A stretch of 64,000 nt of DNA, taken from assembly GCF_030144855.1 (NCBI RefSeq), contig NC_082731.1:10974001-11038000 (forward strand), given 5' to 3'. Shown here in pieces: positions 1 through 13,589 of this stretch. The notes beneath the pieces were generated by a model that was not told the DNA's origin, did not search any database, and was given only the letters and a program-made list of their open reading frames with translations. Numbering within the stretch: the stretch's first letter is position 1; every line of letters begins with the position of its first letter. Both the position numbers and the translations under genes were made by a program. The DNA comes from Hypanus sabinus (lineage: Eukaryota).

Positions 1-2677
1 TATCACATCAGTGGTCTTTTTGTTGTTCGAAGCCACCAGCTGGGGTGTCAAAGGAGCTGGTGGATGAGACAGAGAAGGGAAAACCAGCACTTGGCTCGGG
101 GAAGGAGAAGCCAGTGGATGGGCTGGATTGGTTCGGAGGAGCTGTCCTTGGTGCAGACCAGGCTGCTGCCTGCTACTCAATGGCATCAGATTTGGTGTGC
201 TAAAGCAATGCGCATTGTAACCATGAGTGACTGTCTTGGACATTTCACTTGTGATTTCAAGACCCTGATGGATATTGATAATGTGAGATGCTGCAGGCCT
301 GTTTCCCCTGTTTGGTGATGAGACAGGCAAAGAGGTTGCAGTGTGCCCCTCAGTAGTAGTGAAAACTAAGCCTGAAGTGTGGTTGCCTGTGTTGCTGTCC
401 AGGTGAGAAACACTGAAGGCGGTCTAGCGTGGAGTCAATGCTCAGTTGGGAGGTGGCCTCTCCAATCAGAACTGCCCTCCTGTGTTTAACTGGTGGAATG
501 ACATGCTGGATTGGCAGGAGCTGTACCATCAATTTGGATATCACTCAGGGATTTGGAGTACATACGCATTTGTTTTTTTGTTTTGTATAACGATGTGTGT
601 TTTTTTTTCTCTCTCTCTCGGCATTTTGAATGCATGTTATGCATATTGGCCCCAGAGGAATGCTGTCTTGTTCGACTGAATCCATGTATGCTTTCAATGA
701 TAATTAAACTTCATTTGATTTGGTTTGAATTGTAGCTGCTTCCACTGTCAACCTGGCAGTCTGTTCCAGGAACCCCCCACTGTCTAAAAACCTTTTCCCA
801 CTAATCTCCTTTAAACTTTCCCAGCCTTGCATTAGAATTATGCCCTGTGAAATTTGATAATTCTACCTGGGAGAAAGATTCCAACTGTTTCTCTCTTATA
901 ATTCCCTTTATTCTGCTTTTACCAGACTATCATTACTTTCCAGATCAAAACTAACTTTAAAAAGCTTTGTTTGTTAACTAGTCAGGCAAATATGTTTCTT
1001 GATTTGTGGAGTGTTTCCTTTAAGTGTTAATTGAGAGTTCAGATAGAGGAGAGGTTCTGTGGTAAAGCCCCCAACAAAATCTGCAGGTCCACCAAAAACT
1101 TTCTGGTGAAGGCAAAGCAGTAGAAGCTGCGCTCTCTTATAGAGAATGTGAATCAAATTAGCAAGTCATTCATTTATTTTCCTGCTTGTTGCAAACAGGA
1201 TAGTCGCAGCTCAGCGACCCTTGCGCAAGTGGTATTAGAAACATTTGCATATGTCATGAAATTGGTTGTTATGCATAGAATTAAACTGTGAATTACATGA
1301 AGTATATAAATTACTTACATACTAAAATTCAGATTTAAACACATATATGTTAAGAATTAAATTAAATAAGTAGTGCAAAATTAGTGAAGTAGTGTTCACG
1401 GGTTCAATGTCCATTTAGAAATCTGATAGCAGATCAGAAGAAGCTGTTCCTGAATCATTGAGTGTATGTCTTCAGGCTCCTGTACCTCCACCCTGATCAT
1501 ATCAATGAGAAGATGGCATGACCTAGTTGATGAGGACCCTTAATGATGGAGGTTGCATTATTAAAACATTACTCCTTGAAGATGTCCTGGATGCTGTTGA
1601 AGCTGCTGCCCATGTTGGAACTGTCTAAGTTTACAATTCTCTTCAGCTTATTTCAATCCGGTGCAATGCTTCCCTGATAATAGACAGTAAGTCAGCTAGT
1701 TAGATTGCTCTCTAAGTACAGCTACATATAGTTGCAAGTGTCTTTGGTGACATACCAAATCTTATCAAGCTCCAAATGAAATATAGCTACTGTGTGCTTT
1801 ATTGTAACTGCATTGATATGTTGGGATCAGGATGGATCGTCAGAGATCTGGACACCCAGGAGCTTGAAGTTGCTCACTCTTACCACTTCTGATCCTTCTA
1901 TGAGGACTGGTGTGTGTTCCCTCGTCTTACACATTCTGAAGTCCACAATCAACTCTTTGGTCTTACTGACTTTGAGTGCAAGGTTATTGCTGGGACACCA
2001 TTAAATTAGTTGATCGATCTGGCTCCTGTAAACCTTCTTGTCACCATATGAAAAGCTGCCAACAATAGTTGTGTCATCAGCAAATTTAGAGATGGCATTT
2101 GAATTGAGCCTTGCCACACAGTCACAAATGCAGAGGGAGCAATGCAGTGAGCTAAGCACACATCCTTGAGGTGTGCCCATTTGCATATCCACGAGGTGGA
2201 GATGTTAACCCTGATCCGCAGAGGTTGTGGATTTCCAGTGAGAAAGTAGAGGATCCAGTTGCAGAGGGAAGCAGAGAAGCCCAGGTTTTGAAGGTTCATG
2301 ATCAGACCTGTGGGCATGATTGTGTTAAACACTGATCTGTAGTCAATAAACTGCAGCCTAACAGAAATATTAGTGTTGTCTAGGTGATCCAAGGCCGAAT
2401 GAAAATTCAATGAGATCACATCCTCTGCAGACCTATTGTGGTGATTGGCAGCTTGCAGTTGATTCAGGTCTTTTCTGAGGCAGGAGTTGATTTTAGCCAT
2501 AACAAAACTCTCAATGCATTTTATCACTGTAGATGTGAGTGCTATTGGATGCTAGTCAATATCCTCCTCTCCTAGGGCACAGGCATGATTGTTGTCCTTT
2601 TGAAGCTGGTGGAGACTTCTGACTGTAGAAGTGAGAGATTGAAAATATTTTTGAACAAACTGACCAGTTGATTGGCA

Positions 2678-3510
2678 AAAAGTTCATGACAAGCTTGGTT
2701 TTACCATAAAACCAGGACAAACCAAAAGAGTCAGTCCAGCTACGCTCACAGATCTCAATTTTGCAGATGACATAGTCCTGCTCTCTGACCAGATGCAGGA
2801 AGCACAGCAGCTACTGATAAAAGTGGAAATTGAGTACAATAAAGTTGGACTTCACTTAAACGCTAAAAAGACAGAGTACATGGCGTTTAACTGTGATGAA
2901 GGTACTGTCAAGACCGTTAAGAATTATATCATTAAGAAAGTCTTAGACCAAGTACCTCGGGTCAGGAATGATGAGTTTGGAGAAGGATATAAAGATATGG
3001 AAGGGGCTGGCGTGGAGGGCTTTGAATGACATGAAGGAAATCTGGAGGTCGAACATGACCAGAGGGCTCAAAAAGAGGATCTTCATAGCAGTGATAGAGT
3101 CCAATCTCACGTACGGATGCGAGATATGGACACTGACCAAGACCATGTTGCTATACACGAACGCTGTGGATGGCTCTTGACGTGATTTGGCAACAGCCCA
3201 TGACAAACGTCGAGCTCCATGATGACCGACCAATTCTCATTAGTAAAATCATGGCAAGAAGTCTGTAACTAGCAGAACACTGTCTACACCACCCTGAGTT
3301 ACCTGCCAGCCTAGTCATCACATGGGAGCACAAGCAGGGGAGGATGAACCCTGGGTGCGCTCCCAAGACTATTGTCAGCACACTGCTAGAAGATAACAGC
3401 ACAGCTAATGTAGATGAACTGAACACACTGATGAGGGAGTGGGAGGAGTGGAGAGTCCATCATCCTGCCCAACGCCAGACGCTAGGCCTGAGTCGACATA
3501 GTAGTAAAAC
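2678..3510 (+). mobile_element. 5'-truncated RTE-type LINE inserted in the Rex element
   Basis: KVGLHLNAKKTEYM / KYLGS / IFIAVIESNLTYGCEIWTL RT C-terminal motifs; (TAG)n-like tail; TTGGCA on both flanks (2672-2677, 3511-3516). Confidence 0.75.
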
Positions 3511-3744
3511 TTGGCACAGGTTTTCAGAACCCTACCAGTTACCTCATCTGGGCAGGTCGCCTTGCTAGGTTTCACTCTCTTGAAGGATGATCTGATGTCA
3601 GCTTCAGAGGCAGTGATCTCAGGGTCCCTGGGTGCTGTAGGGATCCTCATAGCTGTAGCTTTATTCTTCCTTTCAAGGCATGCATAAATAATATTGAAGT
3701 CATCAGGCAGTGAAGCATCACTGACTTTCAAGATGTGGAGAGGA

Positions 3745-4075
3745 TGTTTCATATTCTGAGAAAGTGTAGGACCAGAGGAGAGACTCTCAGAATAGAGGGG
3801 TGTCCTTTTAGAATAATCATGTGTAGGAATTTTATTCACCAGAGGGGGATGAATGTGTGAAATTCTTTGCCACAAGCAGCTTTGGAGGCCAAGTCTTTAT
3901 GTATATTTAAGGCAGAGGTTGGTAGATTCTTGATTGTTCAAGTCATGATGGGATACAGGGAGAAGTCAGGAGATTGGGGCTGAGAGGAAAGTTGGATCAG
4001 CCATTATGAAATGGTGCTACAGATGTGATGGGCCAAATAGACTAATTCTGCTCCTATATCTTATGGTCTTATGTT
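3745..4075 (+). mobile_element. CR1 LINE 3' end
   Basis: CR1 3' sequence (AGAATAGAGGGGTGTCCTTTTAGA..TGGAGGCCAAGTC) with a (TTATGG)-like tail, nested in the Rex element. Confidence 0.65.
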
Positions 4076-4829
4076 AGTTTTTGTTTTGTGTGAAGCACTA
4101 GCCTGCAAAATCTGCCAGAGTTGATATGCACCCAATTCCACCTCTAACCTCAATTGGAATTGTTCCTTTGCTCTTGAGATAGCCCTCAGTAAGTTTTACT
4201 TGGCCTTCTTATTTAGTCCTGGATCACCAAACTTGAATGCCACAGATCTAGTCCTCAGCATACTATGAATCTCCTATTTCATCCACAGCTTTTGATTCTG
4301 GTAGGCACAGTATGTTCTTGAAGGCACACACTCATTGGTACAGGTTTTAATGAAGTCAGTGACAGCAGTGGCATACTCATTCACAATCTCTGAATACAGT
4401 CCAGTCCACTGACTCAAAGCAGTCCTGTAAGCACTCCTGCACCTCTGTTGTCCATACTTTCCTGGTCCTCAGTACTGGTGCTGCAGTCTTTAGTATCTGC
4501 CTATACTCAGGAAGTACTGCCAGGTGATCAAAAGTTCTAAAGTATAGGCATGGGATGGAACATTAAGTACTCTTAATGATAGTGCGACAGTGGTCCAGTT
4601 TGCTGGCTCCTCTGGTTCCACAAGTGAAATGACTGTAATAATTACATAGAAAGCTTTTCAAGGTCTCTCGCACTCTCATTGTGTTATACGTACACACCCA
4701 TAAGCTACTGTAGATAACCACAACAGAATGTTTCCCTTTCCACCACACCCATAGATCCAAATGCCTCTCGAATAATTTCATACCTGATGCCGAGACTCTT
4801 GCTCCATTTGTTGTCACACCTGTTATGTC

Positions 4830-7060
4830 AGACCTGCATCTGTGCACTGCATTCCTGTTGAAGTTGTGGGGCTAAATTCCCATGATGTTAAAGTTCTAGG
4901 AAATGCTAGTGGCTTTAAATTTGTCACCCTCTGGCTAAAGAAATTCCACATCATCTCTATTCCTAAGGGGCAACTTTCAATTCTGAGGCTGTCCCCTCTG
5001 TTCGTCGTCTCCCCCAGTACAGAAAAGATCCTCTCCAAATGCATTTTACCTCGTTCTTTCATTATTCTATAAGCTTCAAAGTGATACCTCCCCTTCTTTC
5101 TTCCAAATTCCTGTGAGTACAGGGCCAGAGGCATTAGACACTCTCCATATATTAATCCTTTCTTTCCCAGAGTCATTCTTGTGAACTGCCACTGGACCCT
5201 CTCCAAAACCAGCACATCCTTGTGTTAGATAAGGGGCCAAAAACTGCTCCCCATACTCCAAGAGCAGTCTGACGATTGGCTTATAAAGCCTCACATTTAT
5301 ATCCTTGCTTTTATGTTCTTGTCCTCTTGAAATTAATGCTAGAATTTCCTTTGATTTCTTACCACTGACTTAACCTGGAAGTTAACTTTTCATGAATCCT
5401 GCACCAAGACTCTGAAGTCCCTTTTCAATTTTGATTTATGAATGTTATCACTGTTTAGAAAATAGTCTGTGCCTTTATTTTTTCTACCAATATCTAGACT
5501 ATACACTTCCATACACTATATTCCATCTGCCACTTCTTTGCCCATTCTCCTGATCAGTCTATGTCCAATTGCAGACTCCCTTCTTCCTCAATACTACCTG
5601 CCCCTCTACAAACTAGGCTCCAAAGCCATCAATTCTCCAACCAAATCAGTAACATATAATATGAAAGAAGCGGTCCCACAGCGCCCCCTGTGCACCACCA
5701 ATAGTCATTGCCAGACAACGAGAAAAACATCACTTCACTCCTATACTTTTCTTTCTGACAGTCAGCCAATATTCTATCTGTGCTGGTATCCTTCCTGTAT
5801 TACCATAGACTCCTGCCTTTTAAGCAGTCTCATGCACAACACTTTGTCCAAAGCTTTTAAACAACATCCACTTACTCTCCTTTGTCTGTCCCGCCAGTTT
5901 TTTATTCCTAAAAGAATTGCTACAGATTCCAAAATGGCGGCGCGACGCAGCTTGCAGCGGCCCCTACGGAGCTGATATATTTGTTAAGTGGGGTGCCGTG
6001 CGCAATCCTAATCTGATGAAAAACGAATGTAGGAGCACGGAGCAACATCTGGAAATCTCCAGGAAGGCCCTCTTCGTTGCTCCTGCTACTGTGAGGTCCG
6101 GGTCTCTGCTGAGAAGAAAAGGCCCCCGGTCTTCGGGGTCATCTTACCGGTGGCCATTGGCGGGGGCGTCGTAGTGCGCTCAGAGAAGTTGTGCCGGAGG
6201 GGTCGGATGCTCGGAGGTTCGACGGAGGTTCGAGTCCGCTGTGGTCGGGTCGCTTTCAGTGTGTGCTGTGCCTGCGAGGCTGGGTTCGACGGAGCTTTCA
6301 TTGTGTACTGCATCTGCGAGGCTGAGACGTGCGGCGGCATGGAAGTCCATAGCAGTGGTATTCCCTTCTGCCGCCGGCGTGGAATGACGGGTCTATCGGG
6401 ACCCTGAGGACTTGTGGAAACTGTGTGGTGGATTCTTTCGAACTTACAGTCTTTTAACAGATTTGAAATATTTTTACTGTGCCCATGTTCTGTTTTTTTT
6501 TAATCAAATTATGGCATTGTTTGCACTGTTGTAACTGTATGTTGTAACTATGTGGATTTGTGTAGGTCTTGTAGCTTTAGTTTTTGGTCTTGTTTTGTCT
6601 GGTGGATTTTGAGCTCCTTTCTGGGGACGCGCTGAGATGGTAGCGCGATATTAATACGCAGCAGCCTCTCCGGACTCTGGATTGGGGATTGCTAAACGAT
6701 ATGTGGATATTCTGGTGTAGTCTATTTTGTCATGTGCTTTGTTGATATCATTCTGGAGGAACGTCGTCTCATTTTTTAAACTGCATTGCATTTGTGGTTT
6801 TTAAATGACAATAATCTGAATCTGATTTGTCAGACAAGATTTGCCCTTTGAAATATGCTGAATTTGGCTTATTTTATCACTTGCCTCCAAGCACCCCAAA
6901 ACGTCATGCAATTGACAGTTACAATTTTCCATTCCTCCAGAACAATTCCAGAATCTATTGTTTCATAAATGATCACTACTAATACCTCCTTAATCACTTC
7001 AGCTGTCACTTGCAGAACACTTAGGTGATGTCCATCTGGTGGGTGACCTATCTACCTTTC
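4830..7060 (-). mobile_element. Decayed CR1 LINE RT region, split by an insertion
   Basis: LYKPIVRLLLEYGEQFLAPY and LERVQWQFTRM motifs (ORFs 4823-5294); host sequence resumes at ~6830. Confidence 0.7.
5925..6830 (+). mobile_element. Relatively young CpG-rich non-autonomous retroelement
   Basis: Begins CAAAATGGCGGCG, is CpG-rich unlike its flanks, ends in a (TCTGAA)-type tail and interrupts the CR1 copy. Confidence 0.55.
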
Positions 7061-7789
7061 AGTTTCCCATGCACTTTCTCCTTGGTTCAGGTTGATTGAG
7101 TACCCCTGATCTGAAATTCCAAAATCCGAAACCTCTGAAATCAGATTTTTTTTCTGCATCACAAACTGTTCTGAGAAATTGGAGTGAAGCTATGCCACTT
7201 AACAGTACGCTGATCATGAAAGAAGATGTACCTTTCAAATTTTGGCAGGGATAAATCATTAGTGACAATTATTAACCAACCGTTCAGTTCTTTATACCTA
7301 TAGTGGTTATAAAAGTTAACCATTTTCTTTGGTAATTTGTAATACTTTAGTAGTATCTATAGTTGGTGCGGGTTGAATGGGATGGGGTTTAATTTCAAGG
7401 AACATATTGACATAAAGCATGATGCCAATGGAGCTTCAATCTAATCCAAGGATGAAATTTCTTGTATTGTTAATTGACTGACTCAGATCTCAGCCTATGG
7501 TTCCAATATAATATCTGTTTCTGCTTTGCTGAAGTTGAAATTGTTTTTGCTATCATTCTGCTTTAAAGTTGGTCTTGTTTAGCATTATATTTAAGATAGG
7601 ACTTGTGCAAATCATTGCCTAGCAACTGAAAAGCTTGGCTTCAAATAACATTGTTTGGCTACATCCTCAATTTTTCATAAAACCTCTTTATTGCCGGTCT
7701 TCTTGTCAGAATGGGTGAGGGCAAATTTTGCTTCACATTATTACAGGACCAATGATATGGTGTAAGAGAACAAACAACACAGGCTTCTA

Positions 7790-8510
7790 TTGCCACAATA
7801 ATAGAGTGGATCTAGGAATAATAGTGCATAGTTCCCTGAAGGTCAAATCTCATGTGGACAGGGTGGTGAAGAAAGCTTTTGATATGGTTGCCTTTATAAA
7901 TCAGAGCATTGAGTATAGGAGTTGGGATGTAATGTTAAAATTGTACAAGGCATTGGTGAAGCCAAATTTGGAGTCTTGTGTACAGGTCTGGTCACCGAAT
8001 TATAGGAAAGATGTCTACAAAATAGAAAGAGTATAGAGATTTACTAGAATGTTACCTGGGTTACAGCAGCTAAGTTGCAGAGAAAGGTTGAACAAGTTAG
8101 GTCTTTATTCTTTGGAGCGTAGAAAGTTGAGGGGGGACTTGATAGACATATTTAAAATTATGAGTGGGATTGATAGAGTTGACATAGACAGGCTTGTTTT
8201 CCATTGAGAGTAGAGGAGATTCAAACAAGAGGACGTGAGTTGAGAGTTATGGGGCAAAGGTTTATAGGTTACACGAGGAGGAACTTCTTTACTCAGAGAG
8301 TGGTAGCTGTGTGGAACAAGCTTTCAGAAGAAGTGGTTCGATTTTGTCCTTTAAAAAAAAAGATTGGATAGGTATATGTATAGGTGGGGAATGGAGGTTT
8401 ATGGGCTGAGTGCAGGTATGTGGGACTAGGTGAGTAAGCATTTGGCACGGACTAGAAGGGACGAGATGGCCTGTTTCCGTGCTGTAACTGTTATATGGTT
8501 ATATAATAAT
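7790..8510 (+). mobile_element. CR1 LINE 3' end (RT C-terminus)
   Basis: VDRVVKKAFDMVAFINQSIEYRSWDVMLKLYKALVKPNLESCVQVWSPNYRKDVYKIERV followed by the CR1 3' UTR. Confidence 0.85.
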
Positions 8511-9699
8511 GCCACTCATAGTTCGGTGGAGGAAAACATATTCCATCCAGGTAGCTTCCAATGTGCACTATGAACATTGATTTCTGAAAAATTCTCCTGG
8601 CTCCCCTTCTCTGTTTCCATTGCCCATTCTGGAGCTCTCTTTCCCGTTCTTTTCACCTCAGCAAGCATTTCTGAGTATGAACTTCTACATGGCTTTAAAA
8701 CTGTGCAGCACTTCTTTTTCTATTGATCCTTTCATGAATGAACAACCTAAATAGGATTTATTCTAAATCCTATTTAGAATAAAAATTGAAAATCACATTC
8801 TTTGGATTTTATTTATTATTTAGTATATAATGATACACAGTAAAACATAGCAAATCTATCACATTTTGTAAACTTTCTTATCTGTCTGTATTACAAACCT
8901 ATTACAAGTCTATAAACACTGCCCATATTAATTTCAAATCCAGATGAAATACCTCTTATCACTCTTATCACCCTTTCCTTTACATCTGAGCAGAGACCAC
9001 AGACAATGCCTTCACCCATCTTGGAATACTGCACATCCTTCAGGCTTCATCAATCAGGCTTTTCTTTCTGTTAGACAAGTGATTAGCTGGAGCCTGTTCA
9101 ATTTGGTCTGCACATGGTGGCTTCACATATCGGGGTGCATAAAATAAAATTTTGAAGTGAAACTTCTGTTGCTTAATCTTCAGTAGATCATCCACTTCTA
9201 GTCAATTTCTGAATTTACATTTGATTGAATATAGAAGACTAATTCGACATTCACAGTCAACAATAGAAGCTTGAAATATTCCAATGATGTCAACAAGAAT
9301 TGACAGTTCTTCAATTCTATGGATGTAGCTCAATATATCAGTGAATGTCTTATTTGAACCACTCTACACTTTCTCAGAAATGACATATTTTAAATCACAG
9401 TATTGTTGCGATGTATTTGAGGCAACATTTGCTTCATATTTAATTATAGTAACTGAGTATTTTTTGTTAGTCATACAACATTCCCTTTCCAGATTCAAAA
9501 TTGATCCATCTGCAATAGCAACAGTGTCAAAAGTTTGCCATCTTTTAAGTTATCGTCGAGAAATCTATCATCTAACTGGTGACACACATGAGAGCCTGTG
9601 AGGGGGGAGTGTCTTTAGAAATGGGATTGCTTTGACTTAAATGAAACCATCAGTGGTAATTATTGTTTAGAGTCCTCTACTCAGTATATAGTCTTACAG

Positions 9700-10870
9700 A
9701 AAAGTACAGCATAGAAACAGGCTAGTTGGTCCATCTATTCAATGGCAACCCCATTTAATCTGCCTACATCCACTTTTCGGCACCGGGGCCAGAGCCATCC
9801 TTACACCTACCAGCCATGGACCTATCTAAACTTTACTTAAAATTTTGAAACTTAGCTCACAAGTACCACTTGTGCTGGAGCATATTCCACGCTCTCGCGA
9901 CCCTCTGAGTGAAGAACCTTCCCTCATGTTCCCTTTAAATATTTCATCTTTTGTCCCTTAACCCAACCTCAGTAGCAAAAGTCTGCTTGCATTGACTCTA
10001 TCTATAGTCCTCATAAATTGTATATCTCTATGGAATTTCCTCATTCATTTAAGTTCTAAAGGATAAAGGTAGGAATGACTTCCTACGACGCTCAGAGTTA
10101 CATCTCGGAGGAATGAGTCTCTGGCTGAATACACTCCTGTGCCTAACCAGTACATTATTGAGTGGATGGGAGTCATTGTCCAAGATGGCATTCAACTTGG
10201 ACAGCATTCTCTCTTCAGACACCACCATCAGAGAGTTCAGTTCCACCCCCACAACATCACTGGCCTTACGGATGAGTTTGTTGATTCTGTTGGTGTCTGC
10301 TATACTCAGCCTGCTGCCCCAGCACACAACAGCAAACATGATAGCGCTAGCCATCACAGCCTCGTAGAACATCCTCAGCATTGTCCGGCAGATGTTAAAG
10401 GACCTTAGTCTCCTCAGGAAATAGAGACAGCTCTGACGCTTCTTGCAGACAGCCTCAGTGTTCTTTGACCAGTCCAGTTTATTGTCCATTTGTATCCCCG
10501 GGTATTTGTAATCCTCCACCATGTCGACAGAGACTCCTTGAATGGAAACAGGGGTCACTGGTGCCTGAGTCCTCCTCAGGTCCACCACCAGCTCCTTAGG
10601 CTTTTTCACATAAGCTGCAGATGATTCTGCTCGCACCATGTGACAAAGTTTCTCACCGTAGCCCTGTACTCAGCCTTATCTGCCCTGCTGATGCATCCAA
10701 CTATGACAGAGTCATCAGAAAGCTTCTGAAGATGGCAAGACTCTGTGTTGTAGTTGAAGTCCGAGGTGCAGATGGTGAAACAGGACAGTCCCCTGTGGAT
10801 CCCAGTGCTACTGACCACCCTGTCTGACACATAGTGTTGCAAGCGCATGTACTGTGGTCTGACAGTCAGG
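9700..10870 (-). mobile_element. CR1 3' fragment (~9700-10045) adjacent to a Rex1/Babar RT fragment (~10049-10870)
   Basis: ORF 10049-10639 KPKELVVDLRR..DYKYPGIQMDNKLDWS..LYFLRRLRSF; ORF 10606-10848 LQKLSDDSVIVGCI. Confidence 0.75.
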
Positions 10871-12169
10871 TAACTATTTTGTTTGAAGTATATCCTTCAT
10901 ATCATGCTTAAACCTGCACCATTTAGTGTTATTCCATTCTTCTGCTGTATCTATGCCTGGGGTTTTATATACCTCAACCACAAGACCTCTCAGTTTCCTC
11001 ATTCCAGGAGAGGATAAATGCAAACAAAACCAAAATTCCTTACACCTCAAGCCCAACCAATATTTTGCACTGCTGAATCAAGATGTCCCTTTTTTAATAT
11101 ACTTAGCTCATTCAAATTGTCCATAAGAACCAACAGTGAAGTCTCCATGCTAACCAATATAATCGTGGTTTTCTAGATACAGTCCACTTAGGCCCAGCAT
11201 AAATTTTCCAGACTAGATGCCAGTTTACTGAAATGATTGATGCATGAAGCTACTGAAGAATCAAGATGTAACTGAACAGCAAACTTTGCATTGCTGTCCA
11301 ATTCATTAATGCCTGTTCCATGTTAGGACAAATATGATCAACTGTTTGAGAACCAATCATTTTCTTTATATAATTCCTGGTAGAGAGGCATTGCTCAATC
11401 TCACTTTATGAAAGGAGGAAACAGAATTAGTACCTTCACTACTCCAAGTCTGCCATTGATTATACCTCAGGCAGTTTAGTTGTGGACACTTTCAACCAAT
11501 TGCTACTTATATTAGAAGCCAATCTCCATTTTCCAACTCTTAATTGATTCAGACTATACTATCAACAGTGCCTCACCTATTTATAGGTTTGGCTTGGTCT
11601 GCAATCCTTCAAATGATTTACAACTTAAATTGTGTTTATAAATTTAAAGAGCCAGACCGAATTACATTAAACATGAGGGATTTGAATACTAACCAGAGAT
11701 CCAGATCTAAACTGGTCCTTTGTCTCAGATCATGCACACTGACCAAGATATCTGAGATAGAATCACATTTCTGTGAATTGATTAGATTAAATGTTGTGGA
11801 GATGCACTGCAACATCCAGAAAGTAATTCAACGATTTTTTTAAAATAAAAGAACAATATTTAAACTAATTCATCATTACCTTTGATTCGAAGCATGGGGT
11901 TCACACAAACTGTCAATACTTCACATTTTTCAGAAGCAAAAGGCAGAATTATTTTGGTGCTGTGTTCCATGCTTTCACCTTTTTTATGTTGAACACCATC
12001 TTGATGTCGATTTTAATCTGCATCAGTGAAATAAAAGAAAAATGGTCACCTTTGCTATCAACAAAGTTCATGGCAAATGTGATCAGCTAGTGGAATAGAC
12101 TGGAGTCCTAGAACATGAGCCCATATGTAAAAAAAAGTCTCAGATTAAATGTTGCCAAAATGTAATGTA

Positions 12170-12540
12170 AGACTACTCAGTGGTTCAATTTAATATCAGA
12201 TACTGTATGCAACATACAACTTGATATTCCTACTCTTCACAGACATCCATGAAACTGAAAAAAAACAAAGAATGAATGACAGAAGCATTAGAACCCCAAA
12301 GCCTTCCCACACACAAATAGCAACAAAAGCATTATCCTCCCCCTCCTCCCACTAGCTCCAGAAAAGCATCACTCCTCACTCCACCATGCAAGCAAAAGCA
12401 AAAACCCCAAAGACTCCATGATCTAGATTCTATCAAAAATCCACCGTCTATCCCAACTCTTTGACAATTCAGACAAGTTCTCTCTCCCTAGCAAGACAGA
12501 GTAATCGTTGCTACAACACATGAGAGTGGGAGACCAGCAG
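12170..12540 (-). repeat. SINE-like/non-autonomous element, same family as 16310-17105
   Basis: Shares GAATGACAG..TTAGAACCCCAAAG..AGCA..AAAAGCATC with the 16.3 kb copy. Confidence 0.55.
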
Positions 12541-13589
12541 CTCATTGTTTTGATATTACAATCAGCCACATCAGCTGTTTGAATTTTTTGCTGAAATCCC
12601 TCACAACCAGCAAAAACAAGACTTGCAATAGGGCAATAAATAGCAAAAGCGTTCTGTTATTACCATTAATAATGAAACAACACAACAATTTATATACCTC
12701 AGAAAAGCAAATTATTTCATTCAAGAAAAGTTGATTTGCTTTATATGGCAGTGCTAATCTGTTTTAATTTGTACCTAACAGATTTTTATCGATCAACCTG
12801 GCATAACTCTTGGGATTGCAGAGTAATTATTCAATCAAATTATTAATTATACTGTTGATTTTGGTACATAATCTGATTTATTGTCTTCTAGTTCTTATCT
12901 GTGTTACTCTTAACTACATTCTGTCAAAGGGTATTCAACCTGAATGTTGAAAATTTCCATCAGCTCCCGAAGTTGTACTGAATTAATTAAGCTAATGATG
13001 TCTGATTAAACAAACCCCTTGTGCTTGAGAAGAGTAAAAATAAACCCTCATTTGCTCAGCTGTTTAGTTGGCTGTAACTGAGATGTGAGTAGGGCATAGA
13101 ATCTTCGGCAGTTCAGCGTGAAATGTGGTCCCAGTGTACTCCTTTCTGTCACTCCTCCATGGTTTTCCCTTTGCATATGATTTGTTTTAAGCCTTCAAGA
13201 AAAGATCCAGAGGAAGATTTATTGTCAATCAGTGCCACAAGTAGTTCAGCAATACCTGCATGGCTGATATTATGGCTTCTTTCATATCTATACAGATGGA
13301 TCAAACGATCTAGAGACAGGCCATTCAGGTTTTTCTGTTTATGTTCCAAAGATGACTATTAAGAAAAGATTATCAGGCAAAATATCATTATTTACACCGG
13401 AGATGGTTGCTCCCACTTTTGCTTTAAAAATGCACCCTGATTACGTACTCCTGTGCTTTGCTTCATTCTTGTTTTGACGTCTGTCAAAACATGCATTTCA
13501 AATTGTTGGACAGACATTATTCTAGAGAATGGAAAACATCTGCTGAAGCTGCAGGATCCACACTTGTGCACTCATTCCTTATGGGCTAT

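Larger units (their letters stand above)
1290..4560 (-). mobile_element. Decayed Rex1/Babar-type LINE, interrupted by later insertions
   Basis: RT motifs in ORFs 2001-2527 (GTPQGCVLS..ISKFADDTTIVG; LQFIDYRSVFNTI) and 3405-3875 (KATCPDEVTGRVLKTCA); many stops and frameshifts. Confidence 0.75.
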
